A stretch of 64,000 nt of DNA from Eledone cirrhosa (Eukaryota). The notes beneath the pieces were generated by a model. It was not told the DNA's origin. It did not search any database and was given only the letters and a program-made list of their open reading frames with translations. The stretch spans positions 25,482,001-25,546,000 of the forward strand of contig OZ024751.1 in NCBI GenBank assembly GCA_964016885.1, in the 5' to 3' direction. A program made the position numbers and the translations under genes. Below, piece by piece: positions 12,150 through 26,271 of the stretch (positions are counted from its first letter, which is position 1; each line of letters starts with the position of its first letter).

Positions 12150-12737
12150 GTTGCCAGTTTAGTCGCCAACGACCCGACCATGAGACAGGTTGTACTAAAC
12201 TGGCAACCCCACCAAGGTTTCTTGGTGAGGAGGGTGACTTTGGACATCCTGCAGGACTAAAAACAAAATCTGTCAAAGGGCAAAGGAGCTCTTAAGAGTC
12301 AATGGCCATCCAAAATCACCGGGAGAGATGACCCCTTAGCCTTTGTCAAGGCAGAATTCTAGGAGAAGGAAAACTCTGATATAACACCTGCAACCCTGAT
12401 GGTATCCAATGATGTTGACTTGTTCTTCTTTTTGGTAAATATCATCTTGGTTAAGAGAGTGGGACTGGCTTTGTGCAGTGCCTTTGCTCACTATAAAAGC
12501 TTCACGGCACAGGCATTGCTTTATATCTGGAGATCTCTCTGCACTTATCGTCACATGGTACCAAGGGCCCAGCACTATGTGTCTATAATTGTCACAGGTG
12601 TAGTGTTTGTACCAGAGTTTTCAGAGTTTTAGTCGCTGGCTGGACTAAAAAGTCACACTCGTTCAGCACATCGGTAGGGGTTCTCCTAGATGGATATAAA
12701 ATAGTGTCCCTACTCGAAAACGAGTTGGCAGCCACCA
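12150..12737. mobile_element. About 570-bp interspersed repeat, copy 2
   Basis: Near-identical to 6838-7410; the terminal 30 bp are inverted. Confidence 0.6.
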
Positions 12738-12904
12738 TGTATGTATGTATGTATGTATGTATGTTTGTATGTTTCTATGTATGTTTGTATGTATGTATGT
12801 ATGTATGTTTCTATGTTTCTATGTATGTTTGTATGTATGTATGTATGTATGTTTGTATGTTTCTATGTATGTTTGTATGTATGTATGTATGTATGTATGT
12901 ATGT

Positions 12905-13152
12905 ATGTATGTACTTCTGGTTTTATAATTTCACAAATTTTTTTCCAATAGAGAGAGAGTCGGTTTCTAACATAGACACAAGACTCTCTCATTAGAATTT
13001 ACACAACATCAACTAGGTAGATGTGTATGTATGTCTGCATTCATTCATATGTTTGCAGGTATGGATGTTATTGTATGTGTGGATGTGTATGTTTTGAGTT
13101 GTATGTGCATATGCTTTGTACTTGTAAAAGTATATATGCAGTTATTAGATGC
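12905..13152 (-). mobile_element. 3' UTR of the REL-type LINE seen at 2635-3300
   Basis: Reverse complement of about 3035-3275; tail runs into (TATG)n. Confidence 0.85.
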
Positions 13153-13154
13153 TA

Positions 13155-13725
13155 CTACTGCCACCACAACTACAACACTAGCACCACTGCCACCACAACT
13201 ACAACACTAGCACCACTGCCACCACAACTACAACACTAGCACCACTGCCACCACAACTACAACACTAGCACCACTGCCACCACAACAACATCACTACTAG
13301 CACAACGACACCGCCTCAGTCACTTTAACTGCTACCACAACGACCCCACCTCAGTCACTCCCACTGCTACCACAACGACCCCACCTCAGTCACTCCCACT
13401 GCCACCACAACGACCCCACCTCAGTCACTTTAACTGCCACCACAACGACCCCACCTCAGTCACTCCCACTGCCACCACAACGACCCCACCTCAGTCACTT
13501 TAACTGCCACCACAACGACACCACATCAGTCACTACCACTGCTACCACAACGACCCCACCTCAGCCACTACCACTGCTACCACAACGACCCCACCTCAGT
13601 CACTCCCACTGCCACCACAACGACCCCACCTCAGTCACTTTAACTGCCACCACAACGACACCACATCAGTCACTCCCACTGCTACCACAACGACCCCCAC
13701 CTCAGCCACTCCCACTGCTACCACA
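13155..13725. repeat. 29-bp then 35-bp minisatellites
   Basis: ccaccacaactacaacactagcaccactg about x4, then accacaacgaccccacctcagtcactcccactgct about x12. Confidence 0.9.
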
Positions 13726-14021
13726 CATCACAGTCATTATAAAGACTACCACCCCAAGTTATCTTACTCATATACTCCTTACATTAGACTTTGATATTTT
13801 TTTTAATGTCTTTTTAATTTAGACTATTATAATAATCATTATTATTTAATGTCTTTGTTATTTTATTTCATCCGCTGTTTTTTTTACACGCAGAAATGCC
13901 CATTTGTACCGTCCTGTATTGTCCTGTACTGTCCTTAACGTCTACTTTATGTAAACCCTTATGGTTAATAAAGAAAACATTATTATTTAATGTCTTTATT
14001 ATTATTATTTAATGCTTTCTA

Positions 14022-14136
14022 TGCTTTCTAGCATAGTTACGTCCCTTTACAGTCTGAGTTCAAATCCCGCTGAGGTTAACTTTGCCTTTCATCCTTACGG
14101 GGTCGATAAAATAAAGTGCCTAAAGTAGAAACAATT
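14022..14136 (+). mobile_element. Truncated and internally deleted SINE
   Basis: B box and body match the consensus. Confidence 0.8.
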
Positions 14137-15304
14137 ATTATTTTATAGTTTTATCTTCTTTCCGTATTTCTTTTCTTTTTCAACAGAAATATTGAATAAA
14201 GAAAAATATATAATATTTTTTGAAGATGCTACAAATAAATGTTAATGGAATAACCAATATTTAATTATATTTTTAACAAAATGCTTTTTTTTAGTGTTTG
14301 ATGTCTTTCACTTTTAATTTTTTACTATTTTAATTGAACTGATCTTGCTTAAAAAATAAAGAAATACATGTAAATAGAGAGACATAAAAAGCAAAGTAAA
14401 ACCAGGTTCCCTTAGTGCTGTCAGTAAAGTGTTAACCACTTAAGTGCATAGAACGTTCTCACCTTTCGCCCTGTGTGGTATTTAATTAGAATAAAAATAT
14501 GGTTTAATATAAGGAAAAAAAAAACATATCTCTGATATTGATAAGAAGGAAAAAACGAAAATGTAATAGATTTTTTATATTATCTTCTAAGTTTGTTCTT
14601 TTAATTTGTACATTTTGTTTTTGATTTTGAATTGTTAACATTGGTTAACAAATAGTTGTTACATATGATGTGCTTTTTTTATATTTGTATTATGATAGTA
14701 AAGAATGATAGGAGGAAGATTAGGCTGTTATTTCTAACAACACAGGTAGCTAACTTGACTTTGGGTGTTGATGGTCAATGTGTGAACAAACGGACGGATT
14801 TGAAACTACAAAGTTAGACTTAAATATTCCAATATAATATACGTTTGAATGTTCGACCACAGAAACACAAACATACACATATTCTCTTACATACAGACAT
14901 ACAAATACACAGAGAGACCCATCTCCACATGTATATATATGTTTGTGAGTGTGTGTGTGTGTGTGTGTGTGTACACTCACACACACACATATGTGTGTCT
15001 GTATGTGCACACAGTCACAGATGGCAGAGCTGCTGTTTTGATTCTTCGTTAATAAAAGTGTTTTTATATATGCCTTTACCACCATCATCATCATCATCAT
15101 CATCATCAGGATCATAAAAAATACTATCATCATCATCATAAACATCATTATTTTTATTACTAACAAGTATATTATTATTTGGCAATCTGTCGGCGATCAT
15201 TTCCTTTCCTTGCAAGTTTTATTTTTATTTTGACCCTGTTATGACATTTGGTTTGTTACAGCTGGCTTCAGCAATTTGTTTCAGTTTCATACATACATAT
15301 ATAA

Positions 15305-15375
<71 letters not shown>

Positions 15376-15581
15376 TTAACGTTTGTTATAGCTCTGGTTC
15401 ATCTGAATCATTGAGCACTTGCCACACATCACGGAGGTTGTTTTTCGTTATTTCGTGGTGGGCCGAAATGCGATTCTCGATAATTTATTTATATTTATAT
15501 ATATATACATGTGTGTATACTAAAACATGCATGTATATATATACCAACCTTCCTACACACGCACACATATACACACACATT

Positions 15582-15628
<47 letters not shown>

Positions 15629-16962
15629 GTGTGTATACTAAAACATGCATGTATATATATACCAACCTTCCTACACACGCACACATATACACACACATTT
15701 GTGTGTATATATATATATATACGAATGTGTGTGCTTGTGTGCTTATGTTTATGTGTGTGTGCGTATGTATGAAGGTCAGTATAGGGATGTAATCATCTCT
15801 GTAAGAAATGTTGGACCTTGTTAATATACCATATGATATCCGCGACGTAATGGCCGCAATTATTTATGACAAGAGAGGTTATAAATGGCACAACCTTATG
15901 ATCCAAACAACTTCATTGATATATGTATATGTGTGGAGACATATGTGTGTGTTTGTGTGAAGACATATGTCTGTGTGTGCATCTGTGTGTGTCTGTGTGT
16001 GCCTATATGCGTGAAGACATATGCCTGTCTGTGTGTGCATGTGTGTGTATGTGTAGCTGTGTGTGTGTGCATGTGTGGCTGTGTGTGTGCGTGTGTGTGT
16101 GTGTATGTGTGGATGTGCGTGTGTGTGTGCATGTGTGTGTGTATGTGTGGCTGTGTGTGTGTGTGTGTGTGTGTATGTGTTGCTGTGCGTGTGTGTGTGT
16201 ATGTGTGGCTGTGTGTGTATGTGTGGCTGTGTGTGTGTGCATGTGTGTGTGTATGTACGGCTGTGCATGTGTGTGTGTGTGTGTGTGTGTGGCTGTGTGT
16301 GTGCGTGTGTGTGTATGTGTATGTGTGGCTGTGTGTGTACGTGTGTGTGTGTGTATATGGCTGTGTGTGTGTGTGTGTGCATGTGTGTGTGTATGTATGG
16401 CTGTGTGTTTCTATATATTTTGTATGTGGCGAAATTGTGCTTACATCCGTTTTGTTTGTGTGTGTATATTTGTCGATGTTATGTGCGTACATGTGTATGC
16501 CACTGTACGGATGCGTGTGTCTGAGAGCTTATTTGCGCCTATGTAATGATGTATGCATGTATGCAGCATGTATATGTATGCCTGTATGCAACATGTATGT
16601 GTATATGTATGCCTGTATGCAACATGTATGTGTTTATGTATGCATGTATGCAGCATGTGTGTGTATATGTATGCATGTATGCAGCATGTTTGTGTATATG
16701 TATGCATGTATGCAGCATGTTTGTGTATATGTATGCATGTATGCAGCATGTATGTGTATATGTATGCATGCATGTGTATGTATGCAGCATGTATGAGTAT
16801 ATGTATGCAGCATGTATGTGTATATGTATGCATGTATGTATACGCTGTTTGTAGTGTGTGAAATGTACTATGATAAAATCCGTATGCAGCTAAAATAAAA
16901 TTCTATAGAAATTTGTTAAATTTTGTATGCATTTATGTATTGATATAAGTTTTATATATATT

Positions 16963-17046
<84 letters not shown>

Positions 17047-18582
17047 AATGAATCCTTTAGAACTCTCCAGAGAATAGAATGATTTTAACCACTCTATCGT
17101 CGTTACTTTCTCTGATGTGACCTGAAAGTTTTGTATCATTTTATAGTTGACCTCCATGGTACCGAATATCATAGTTTCAATAATGAATCACAGGAATAAC
17201 GTTCTTATGGTCATAATAACGATGACTGTTTCAGTTGTTCGATCAACGAAACTGCCAAATCTTAGAATCTGCATTTTATATGGATGACCATGGTATACCT
17301 GACACGGAATCTTACAAGTCTATTATTATGAATTATTGTATAAGTGGCTGAATATGCTGTACACTAAGTTATCCACGATGTAAAGAAGGGATCGACTTTC
17401 CCCTGCCCCAAAATTGCTGGCCTTGTGCCTATATAAGAAACCATTATTTCCCAGGTTTATAAAGCGCACGATATTTGGATTCAGACCGAAAAAAGCCGAA
17501 GAGATACCATGAAACACCAGGTCCGGTCCTCTAACAATTCCACCAATCCTTTGCTTAAAGAATGGCATTTCATTTATCGACCTCAAAAGCGTGAAAGCAT
17601 AGTTGACCTCGTTACAGTTCGATACCATGAATAATACAGGATATTTGAATCTAGACTACACTTCTTTATTGTTCTGTTCGAATGTTAGTGGATTGGCAGT
17701 ATCGGTAGAGCGTCGGGCAACATACTTTGTTGCCCGACATACATTGAGTTATGTCACATTTCATTCTGAGTTACCTTTCATCCTTACGAGGTGGATAAAA
17801 TAAATTACCAGTAACGCACTGAGTTCGATTTTATCAACTTTCCTTCTCCGCAAATTGTTGGCCTTGTTTCTAAATCAGAAATCATTATAGTTCTGGTCAA
17901 TGAGAGTTGAACTAATGCCCGAAGGGGACGCGTTTTAAAACAGGTCCGGATATCCGGATGACTTGCAAACAGCTGAGGGCCAGAAGCGTGTTTTCTCTGC
18001 TCATGCAGGAACATTTTGACTGTCTGTTGCTCAGCTAAGGCGACAATGAGTAACAGACTTTATCAATACTGAGAATCAGATGTGTACTTTCACTGCTCAT
18101 CTAAGACGCGTTCCATATTCGTTTTGTGATATTTCTCCAGTTTTTTTTAAATATTTTTTATTACATTTTATTTACCGAGTCCAGCGGTCCAAACAGTTTC
18201 TACAGAAAACTAACCAACCGTAACAACTAGAATAACAGCAACAAAAATGACAGCAATAAAAAACATAGCAAGGAACACTCTCATTCTCTAAACAATACTG
18301 TAAACTAATATCGTAGATCGATACTGTTGACAAAATTTCAAAAGTAATCTTACTTTCCCCACTCATCAATGATTTGCCATCCCACTGCCACGCCAATATG
18401 CCCCCTATCAGTACTCCACACCATTATATTGAATATATAATCGATCAACAAGTGAATCAGGAAATGAAATAAAATAATCAACGGTTGATCAGAATGTAAA
18501 ATGAAATATAAAAAAAAAGAAATAAGAAAAATAAAATATGATATATTTCAAATGGTATATTTCTCTCTTTCTCTCTATATAC

Positions 18583-18713
<131 letters not shown>

Positions 18714-18832
18714 ATTATATATATATATATATATAGTTTGAATATGGAAGAGCTTCTGTATTAAAACTTTATACTCTGCTATGTATTGAGTACCTTACTT
18801 ACTGTGGTTATCCCCGACTCAACCCGGAATAA

Positions 18833-18880
<48 letters not shown>

Positions 18881-18965
18881 AGTTTATCCCAGGTTCAATC
18901 GGGGGTAACCACAGTAAGTAAGGAACTCAATACAAAGCAGAGTATAAATATTTAGTATAGAAATG

Positions 18966-19014
18966 GCTTCTACAGGACTAAAACTGTTTCATTCGGAAGA
19001 AATCATCAGGAAAC
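18966..19014 (-). ncRNA. Type I hammerhead ribozyme (family 2) in PLE-like fragment
   Basis: Minus strand: gtttc-CTGATGA-tttcttccgaat-GAAA-cag-ttttagtc-ctg-TA-gaagc. All three helices can form; GUA site. Confidence 0.75.
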
Positions 19015-19376
19015 TGACTGTCCAAGTAATATGGTGACATTTATATGAGAGGGTGGTGATTAGGGTGGGTGGATGTCATTGGTTGATGGGTTTAAAGAAA
19101 AGGGAATTCTTTAAAATCTATATTTAGAGTAACAAAGGCAGAAAGAATTCTATAGACAAGTTCACCCTGGGGTGCCACTCCTGATTTTTAAGGTTCACTG
19201 AAGCTAACAATGGCTATGGTCAGGTGTGTACAAACACACTCACACACACATATGCCCTCACTCCCACACACACGCACAAACACACACTCATATACTTATA
19301 TATATATATATATATATAAACAAATTTTAACTTAACTTACTTACTTACTTACTTAATTATATATATATACAAATAC

Positions 19377-19419
<43 letters not shown>

Positions 19420-19655
19420 ATAATAATAAATTTGAAGACTAAAATCCAAAGAGGGCTCGATAAGGATAAATATATATCAAATATATAAGAACCGTAGAGC
19501 AAATATTTATTACATATCATGTAAATATGTTATTTTAATAAATATATATATATATATATATGGAAAGTTATAATAAATATATATATATATATATATGGAA
19601 AGGTGATTGAAAGGTATGTCGTATCTATTTATTTATAAGACTGTTGTTTATATTG

Positions 19656-19721
19656 TATTTTGTCTGAAGAAGGCATAACATATTGTTAATATGATATCCC
19701 TGAAATATATATAACGAAATA
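19656..19721 (+). ncRNA. Minimal type I hammerhead ribozyme (family 3)
   Basis: tattttgt-CTGAAGA-aggcat..atccct-GAAA-tatata-TA-acgaaata. Confidence 0.8.
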
Positions 19722-20121
19722 AATATGGTTTTATAAATATAGTTTCCATTTATTTAATATCATATATATATATATATATATTTATCGGGCAAAAAATAAC
19801 TTATATATATATATACAATATCTTAAACAAATGGAAACTATATTTATAAAACCATATTTATTTCATTATACATATTTCAAGAGCCACCAGAGCAAACTAT
19901 GGTGCGCTTTTCACTGTTGTCACCCTTAACGGGATCTAAGGGCGAAAACAGGGAATCTTTGGTTAAACTTTAATCTGTTCTTATGATAAATATTTACTCT
20001 ACGGGTTTTTATATTTATATATACTTTATCCTTATCGAGCCCTCTTCGCATTTTAGTTTTCACATATATTATTACTATATATATATATATATATGTATAT
20101 ATACACACACAAACACACACA

Positions 20122-20158
<37 letters not shown>

Positions 20159-20187
20159 CGGCGATGAATTAGTTTATCCCCAAGTAT

Positions 20188-20254
<67 letters not shown>

Positions 20255-20655
20255 AAAATATGGCTGAATAGATAGATAAATATCCAATAGTTATATCTCT
20301 GTGTACTTTGAAAACAAAAACAACACCAACCGCACATGAAACCAGATATTCACAACAGAGACAGCCTCCAACGTTTTTAAAAATAAATACACTGTTAAAC
20401 TATAAAACTGAACTGATTGATGTTGTCAGAAACAATAATCCGATAATCAATCAATTGCAGATTCTTTTGTTTCTACAGTAGTTAATTTCATATTTTATCG
20501 GTTCATTACCTTCCAATACCTTTTACATCAAATCCATTTGACACTAACAGAAGAACACAAGTGGTGATTATATAGAAACGTGAAAGCAAAGGAGTGATAT
20601 ATATATATATATATATATCTGTGAGTCTGTTCGTCTATGTATTTATGAATATATA

Positions 20656-20728
<73 letters not shown>

Positions 20729-20789
20729 TTATATATATATATGTATTTATATATATATATGTATTTATATATATATATATATATGTATT

Positions 20790-20824
<35 letters not shown>

Positions 20825-20847
20825 GTATTTATATATATATATGTATT

Positions 20848-20882
<35 letters not shown>

Positions 20883-20895
20883 GTGTATTTATATA

Positions 20896-20945
<50 letters not shown>

Positions 20946-21599
20946 TATATGGGGGGGGGATGTATAATGAGAATGAGAGAAAGTATTGTATAGACATTTA
21001 ATGGAAATTGTCATTCATTTTGTTTTACGAGGCGAAAAATGTGTCTATCTATTGATCGCGAGGCAGAGCGTGGATGGGGAGCTGTTCGTGGGATTTGGCA
21101 TGTGGATCTTCTGGGAAATATGCTGTCATGTGTGTGTGTGTGTTTTTGTGTATGTGTACTTGTGTGTGTTTGCGTATGTGTATACGTGTGTATATGCATT
21201 TGTGCATATGGTAGGTTGTGTGTACATGTGTGAGTGTATTTATGGGTTTTTGTCATCTCCGACGCCTTTTAGCATAATCTTTCTCTTTTATATCCCTGTT
21301 GTAATTTATCCTTGTCACCAACATCATTTCATTTCCCGATCTCTTTCAGAGGAAACACAAAGAAAGGAAGGAAGGAAGGAAGAAAAGGAGAAAGAGAAAA
21401 AAAGAAGAAAGGAAAATGAAGAAAAAAGCTAAACGCTGAAATAAGGAAAATGGACGGGCAATAATTATTACTGATTTGACAGTGTAATAAGTACAACAAT
21501 AATGATTTCTTACATAACAACAACAGTAACAACGACAACAATACCAATAATAATAATAATAAAAGATGTAATAATAATTTTAATTGGTCAAGAGTGCAA

Positions 21600-22540
21600 A
21601 TGAAAGAGATTGACTGAACGAGAACACTATTGACGCTGAATGGCTAGATTATACCCAAGAAAGAAGAAAGGATAAGATTAATTTGTATGGAAGAGTCTAC
21701 AGATATGGCAAAAGATAATCTGGTCGAATACGTGATGGAAAGTTCAAACTTACATCTGCAGCAGGAGTGAGAGTAAAATGGAAGTTGAAAGTGCAGAAGC
21801 ATACGAAAGGAGGAAAAACGAGGTATGAGAAATATATATTTGGAGAAAATTGACAGCATTTCAGATACACCAAGGAATGGTGAGGAAAGGAATCCTAGTT
21901 TTGGCTAAAAAAAAATGGCGTCTTGAAGAAAAAACTGAAGATGATCTTATCGTAGCTGCACAATCACAAGCCTTACACAATAATCTTCTGAAGTGAAAGT
22001 AGACAAAACTAGTGAGAAAACGAACTGCAGAATGTGCAATGAGAAGGGTTAGTTTATAACCCACATTCTAAGTGATTGTAAGTACTGGTCGTAGAAAGAG
22101 GATAAACGGCGCTATGATTGTGTTGCGAGGGATCTGCGTTTGGACATCTTGCGAAAACGAGGATTTGAAGTCAAAGGTAAATGAGATCAACAAGCAGAAA
22201 ACGATGTTTATAATATCAGGCTCACAATCTAAAGAGACCAGGCTAGGAAATGTCTTAGTTGTTATAGACAAAGCGTCAAAAACTTGAAGAAATGTTGACA
22301 GATATTTCTGCTTATACGAACATTGCCAACAATGAGTAGGAAATGGCTTGGCAGCAGATATAAGGAGATTGTGGAATGTGTCCGTAAAAGTAATCCCGAT
22401 TGTTAACGATCTCGAGATAGAATTGTGGGTTAAGAGAACAGAAATAAACCATGGTATAATAGGAGCTTTGGTAAATATACAAAACGAAACAAACATCACG
22501 ACTTACGCTTTACTACGCTTTGCACACATATTACCATAAG
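21600..22540 (+). mobile_element. Highly decayed REL-type non-LTR retrotransposon 3' region
   Basis: Fragments DLIVAAQSQAL and IRRLWNVSVKVIPIV, with many stops and frameshifts. Confidence 0.65.
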
Positions 22541-22994
22541 AAATCTCAATACAATAGAAACAACAATCCCAAATAAGAAGACTGCAGATACCCAAGACAG
22601 AGAGAGATGTACTCGGTAATACAATGATGACAAACAATCGATATGAAGTTAATAATTATAGCAACAATATAATTCCAGCGACGAAAAAGATGAAACTTAA
22701 CTCGTGATTTGTTCAATATATTGAACTAATTTAACATATTAACGACAATAAAAAGAAGGTTTTACCAGTTCAAACGATAGAACCATGCTTACAACATATC
22801 AATCACACATCGATAAATATATATATATAAATAAATATATTTAGAAACACACAGATATAAATATATATATATATATATGTACAAATATACAAATACATAC
22901 ACATTTACATATACATTTATACATATACATATACATGTATATGTATACATATATATATATACATATATATACATACACATATATATATCATATG

Positions 22995-23069
<75 letters not shown>

Positions 23070-23394
23070 CACAAGGAATTGCTGTGGGACGGTGGGGGCA
23101 GCCCATTGTAATTAATGATAAATTAGTATTAATGTTGTAAGCTGTATAATAGATACGATAAGGAATCGACCCACGTTAAAGATGTATAATGTTCTTTTTC
23201 TACTTTATCCTTGTTTCAATTGTGTATGTTGACTGTTACAGAACACAATAAGAACAGCTAGATAACTATACTACAATAACAAAACAATACAATATAAGAA
23301 AGTTTTGTAAATGATAAAACAGGACATGCGGACGTATACCAGTGTTTCTCCAGTTTTCTTAACTGACAACAACAACAACAACAACAACAATACT

Positions 23395-23620
23395 AATTGG
23401 TCCTACTTTAGGCACAAGGCAAGCAATTATTTTTTTGGTGGGTTGGGGGAAAGTTGATTAAATCGATCCAGTGCATTATTGCTGCTTTATTTTATCTAGT
23501 CCGTAAGGATGAAAGGCAAAGTTGACCTCGGCCGGATTTGAACTCAGAACATAAAGGGTCAAAACTCTGTTCGGCAAAGCAGGGTGTCTAACGCTCTACT
23601 GATACTGTCAATCCTCCGCA
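23395..23620 (-). mobile_element. SINE, diverged
   Basis: Reverse complement of the consensus, including the B box (gatttgaactc). Confidence 0.8.
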
Positions 23621-23795
23621 TTAATAATAATCATAATATAATAAAGGGAGGAGTGCGGGCTGCGTCCTGAATATATTTTTTATCCAGTTAGTAAAATAAG
23701 TTGAATTACTTCGAATAAAGAATGAATAAATATTAAATAATTTATGTACCAAATTTCGTAGCTGTTGATTAAGCATAAATATTCTTATCTATAAT

Positions 23796-23886
23796 TGTTT
23801 CTACTTTTGGCACAAGGCCAGCAATTATCCCAGTGCATTACTGGTACTTTATTTTATCGACCCCGTAAGGATAAAAGGCAAAGTTA
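23796..23886 (-). mobile_element. 5'-truncated SINE with about 15-bp TSD
   Basis: attcttat(c/a)tataat at 23781-23795 and 23887-23901. Confidence 0.85.
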
Positions 23887-23999
23887 ATTCTTATATATAA
23901 TGATTACTTATTTTAAGATTAACTTCTTTTAACATTTTCAAATATCAATAATTCTGGTTATGAAATATCGGATGCTATATCATATCGCTTATATAAACG

Positions 24000-24300
24000 A
24001 AAATTAAACGATACCAGGATTTAAAGTGGGAGTTTAAAAGGATTTGGAACTGCCATGAAATCAAGATTGTCATCGGCGTACAAAGAGTTTCCAAGGATGG
24101 TTAAAGAAGATTAGTCCAGCCCCGTTTTTTTTAGCACTTCAAAAGGCATGCTTTCTGGGAACAGCAAGAACCCTCCGATACGTCCTGAATGTCTGAGGCT
24201 GCAGGTAGTGGCTTGATATTCATTTCAACAAACTTTCCAGTTAAATAACATCAATGACTGAGACTCAAAGAACAACAATAATAATAATAATAATAATAAT
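24000..24300 (+). mobile_element. 3' end of Dong/R4-like LINE with (TAA)n tail
   Basis: YQDLKWEFKRIWNCHEIKIV..LQKACFLGTARTLRYVLNV*, followed by (TAA)n. Confidence 0.75.
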
Positions 24301-25025
24301 GATTTCTTTATTGGCTGGAAGCATTAACATGAAGAAAAACTTTTCAGGCGGCACAGAACGGTACAGGACGATACAAAGTGGGTTTGGGACGTGTAAAAAA
24401 GGTTACAACAAGAAGATAGAAATATTAAAAAAATTCAAACAACAAAAATTCCCCAATAGGGGGGAAACTTCCGAGGGTCACTCGTGGTGAAAACCACACT
24501 AAAGACCACGGCCACCCTGACCACCAGGGCAAGCGCCCTCTCTCAGTGTTCCACTCCTCAGTTTACAGGCACAAACTCAGAGCGGGCCCGTTCACTCGGA
24601 CTAGACTAGCCACTTTCACTCACCTTTCAACAAACTTACTAGAAGACAACACTTGCCTCTCCACCCTGATTTTCCTCTTCAAGTGAAATTTGAAAAAGTT
24701 AATTAGGGATTCGTCGAAGGGGAAAGTGTCCGTCTCCAATCCTTTCACCCTTGTCCACCATACAATCTCTTTCGCCATGGCCACCAGGCAGATGAAAACT
24801 GCCTACCCTTCCTCCTCCTTCAAGGAGGACGGGGGGGGGGGGGGCTATCGACACAATGGACTCAGTCGATAACCGTATCCTTCCTACACGTGACAGCAAA
24901 TGTTCGACATAGCTCCACAAGTCAGCAATGCTCGGACACTGAACGAGTGCGTGCACAACTGTTTCGTCGCTCTGTGCGACGAAACAGTTGTGCACGCACT
25001 CGTTCAGCTTATCTCGAACCGACAA
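24301..25025 (-). mobile_element. 3' end of L1/Tx1-like LINE
   Basis: C..C...DETVVHALVQC..IADLW zinc-knuckle remnant. UTR ends aataaagaaat(cat/tat)n; a related tail is at about 13880-13990. Confidence 0.7.
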
Positions 25026-25574
25026 CGCTCCCTAGTAGCACAACAACAGCACAGCATTTCAGCACGGTAACAGATTACCACACCAACACAACATAAACAC
25101 ACCACCAGACCAACACAACACCACACCTCAGCACCACTACATCTTCTAGCATTGTCATTGAAAGGAGATTAACAAAGAACAAAAGGATAAATCGTAAAAC
25201 AGATTTTCTTGAAAAATCAGAAAATCTCTTGATATAATGGTGGACATTATTTGGGGACGTAGGAGTGTGGAGGGATGGTGAGGTGGACAAGTGGTCAATG
25301 GGTGGGGTAGAGAAGAGGTCAAGGGGTGGGAATAGAGAGATACAGCAAGATAGAAGATAGAGTGAGAGGGAAAGAGAGAACGTTTCAAGTTGAGAGCAGA
25401 TTGTCTTGTTAGAAACACTTGTTGTGCCAGATACACATATATATATATATACACCCTCATATGCGTAGATACACACACACACACAAACACACACACACAT
25501 ATATATATATATATATGATTACTTCAGTAATTGTTTCTCCCATAGGAACAGACATGCAGACAGACAGTAAAACG

Positions 25575-25683
<109 letters not shown>

Positions 25684-25871
25684 TAGCCAGTGTAGGGGGA
25701 CCCTGCTATTGTTTAAGAAACAATAGCAGGTTTATCCAGAATACAAAACTATAAAGAAAAGAATGTTTTAACTTTTTCCAATTTTTATGTTGAAAGAAAA
25801 CTGCTATCGTCACAAACATCCATAAAAGGCCAATGAATTATGGAATGATAATCACCTTCTACTACTACTAC

Positions 25872-25921
<50 letters not shown>

Positions 25922-26200
25922 ATTCTACCACCACCACCACCACCACTACTACTATTACTACTACTGCAACACCAACAACACAACTACTACCACCACCACC
26001 ACCACCACCACCACCACCACCACCATTAATAATACTACTATTACCACTACTACTTCTAACGCCACTAATAGCACCACTACCTGCTGCTACTACTACTACT
26101 ACTACTACTACTACTAGTAATTCTACCACCACCACCACTACCACCACCACCACCACCATTAACACTACTACTTCTAACGCCACTAATAGCACCACTACTG

Positions 26201-26237
<37 letters not shown>

Positions 26238-26239
26238 CT

Positions 26240-26271
<32 letters not shown>

